From Victivallales bacterium (GTDB lineage: Bacteria > Verrucomicrobiota > Lentisphaeria > Oligosphaerales > Lenti-02), in the NCBI GenBank assembly GCA_003245525.1, contig QKCY01000525.1, positions 1 through 16,836 of the forward strand: a stretch of 16,836 nt of DNA, written 5' to 3'. The stretch's first letter is position 1, and every line of letters starts with the position of its first letter. Position numbers and translations under genes: made by a program. Under the pieces are notes generated by a model. That model was not told the origin of the DNA. It ran no database searches and saw only the letters and a list, made by a program, of their open reading frames with translations. Positions 15,775-16,836 of this stretch are shown here, piece by piece.

Positions 15775-16836
15775 TTAGGGAGCGGCGACAGTCAGGATGC
15801 GGGCGAAGCGCAGGCGGACGGGACCGAGCAGGCCGGAGGGCAGCAGGGGATCGCCCGCGCGGTAGTGCTTCCAGGTGGTCCAGGTGATGCGGCCGGTGTC
15901 AGGTGGCGGCGTGTTGTTCAGGGCATCCGGCGGCCAGGACTTGAGGGCGGCACCGCCCCAGTCGCGGTAGTCGGGCTTGGCCTCGTCGCCGATGAGGCGG
16001 TTTGGCCAAAGGTTGGTGACCCGCACCTGAAGGGTGTTCATTCCCGGTTTCAGGCCGTCGGTGACGTCGACCCGGAACGGCGGCTTCCAGAGGATGCCCA
16101 GAGGCGTGCCGTTGAGGACGGGTTCGGCGATCACCTGGACCTGGCCCAGATCGAGCATGGCCTTGGTGCCGGGCTGGCAGGCTTCAGGCGGAACCGTGAA
16201 GGCCAGTTCGTAGGTGGCGGTGCCGGAGAAGTGCTGCACGCCCTCGTCGGGATGGGTGGTCCAGGAGATCAGCTTGGGGAGGGAGACTTTGGTGGGAGCC
16301 CCAAGGTTGGGGGGGAAGCGGAGCGTCCAGGGACCGGCCAATGGCACCTCGGCAGGCGGCGCGGCAGCCGTCAGTTGGCGGCTGGTGCCATCGGCAAACT
16401 GAACTTGGAAGTCGCCCTTGTCCCAGGCCACGAGATGCAGTTGTCCGTCCGCCACGGCCAGTTCGCCGGGCTGCCAGGCGGGGGCCTGGGAGAGGGGCAG
16501 TTCCAGCAAGGCGTTTTCGCCCAACGTCATCTCACCGGGCATGCCATCCACGGCGTACTCCACATGCAATTGCTTGCGGATATTGGGGGCAGGATCGCCC
16601 GCGATCTCGTTGCCGGTCCGGACCACGAGGTGACCATCGCGGATGCGCTGGCGCAGGGCTGCTTGCAGGGGGCCATCCGGAATGTCGCCGTACGCGGCGC
16701 GGCGAATGAGGAGGGTGCCTTGCTGGCCTTCCGGCGGCAGGCGGAGGGTCTGGTTCTCGCCCACACTTGCCCGCAGGGGCTTGCCGTCGAGTTCGTACTC
16801 CACCACCATCCGCTTGACGACCTGGTTTGCGGGATC
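15775..16836 (-). CDS. Glycoside hydrolase, C-terminal portion (GH2/GH106-type C-terminal jelly-roll/carbohydrate-binding domain); the 5' end lies beyond the window
   Basis: The minus-strand frame is open from the window edge to a stop at 15775-15777. The C-terminal segment DLGQVQVIAEPVLNGTPLGILWKPPFRVDVTDGLKPGMNTLQVRVTNLWPNRLIGD matches the conserved C-terminal domain seen in GH2/GH106 (alpha-L-rhamnosidase-type) hydrolases, which reads ...V.VNG..VG..W.PPYRFDIT..LK.G.N.L.I.V.N.W.NRLIGD. The family assignment is tentative. Confidence 0.5.
   Translation of the reverse strand, partial: DPANQVVKRMVVEYELDGKPLRASVGENQTLRLPPEGQQGTLLIRRAAYGDIPDGPLQAALRQRIRDGHLVVRTGNEIAGDPAPNIRKQLHVEYAVDGMPGEMTLGENALLELPLSQAPAWQPGELAVADGQLHLVAWDKGDFQVQFADGTSRQLTAAAPPAEVPLAGPWTLRFPPNLGAPTKVSLPKLISWTTHPDEGVQHFSGTATYELAFTVPPEACQPGTKAMLDLGQVQVIAEPVLNGTPLGILWKPPFRVDVTDGLKPGMNTLQVRVTNLWPNRLIGDEAKPDYRDWGGAALKSWPPDALNNTPPPDTGRITWTTWKHYRAGDPLLPSGLLGPVRLRFARILTVAAP

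Overview
This is a high-GC bacterial window, probably proteobacterial, with no rRNA, tRNA, CRISPR or transposase signatures that I can see. No database searches were run; every family call rests on motifs read directly from the translations.

The + strand at the left carries a surface-polysaccharide module. It comprises a partial O-antigen ligase/polymerase-like membrane protein, a GT2 glycosyltransferase and an AsnB-type amidotransferase. A recombination/repair ATPase, mutS2, follows on the same strand. The asnB start codon is directly abutted by an unusual low-GC array of 8-bp NNNATTCC sub-repeats, with inverted GGAAT copies upstream.

The genes on the right are on the minus strand and converge on mutS2. 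They start with a glycan-degrading pair: a partial GH2/GH106-like hydrolase C-terminus and a BNR/Asp-box beta-propeller protein. A sigma70-like promoter then drives a three-gene operon. It encodes a YqiJ/NfeD-like membrane protein carrying an in-frame AEGxA pentapeptide repeat, then a YqiK-type flotillin (SPFH domain plus a long E/A-rich coiled coil), then a giant protein of about 1,778 aa. The giant protein has a single dynein/MoxR-type AAA_5 ATPase module near its C-terminus. A strong GC hairpin separates the flotillin gene from the giant gene.

The most interesting candidate for an undescribed system is this pairing of a membrane-microdomain YqiJ/YqiK pair with a giant AAA+ ATPase. The long + strand ORFs overlapping the minus-strand genes are antisense artefacts of the high GC content.
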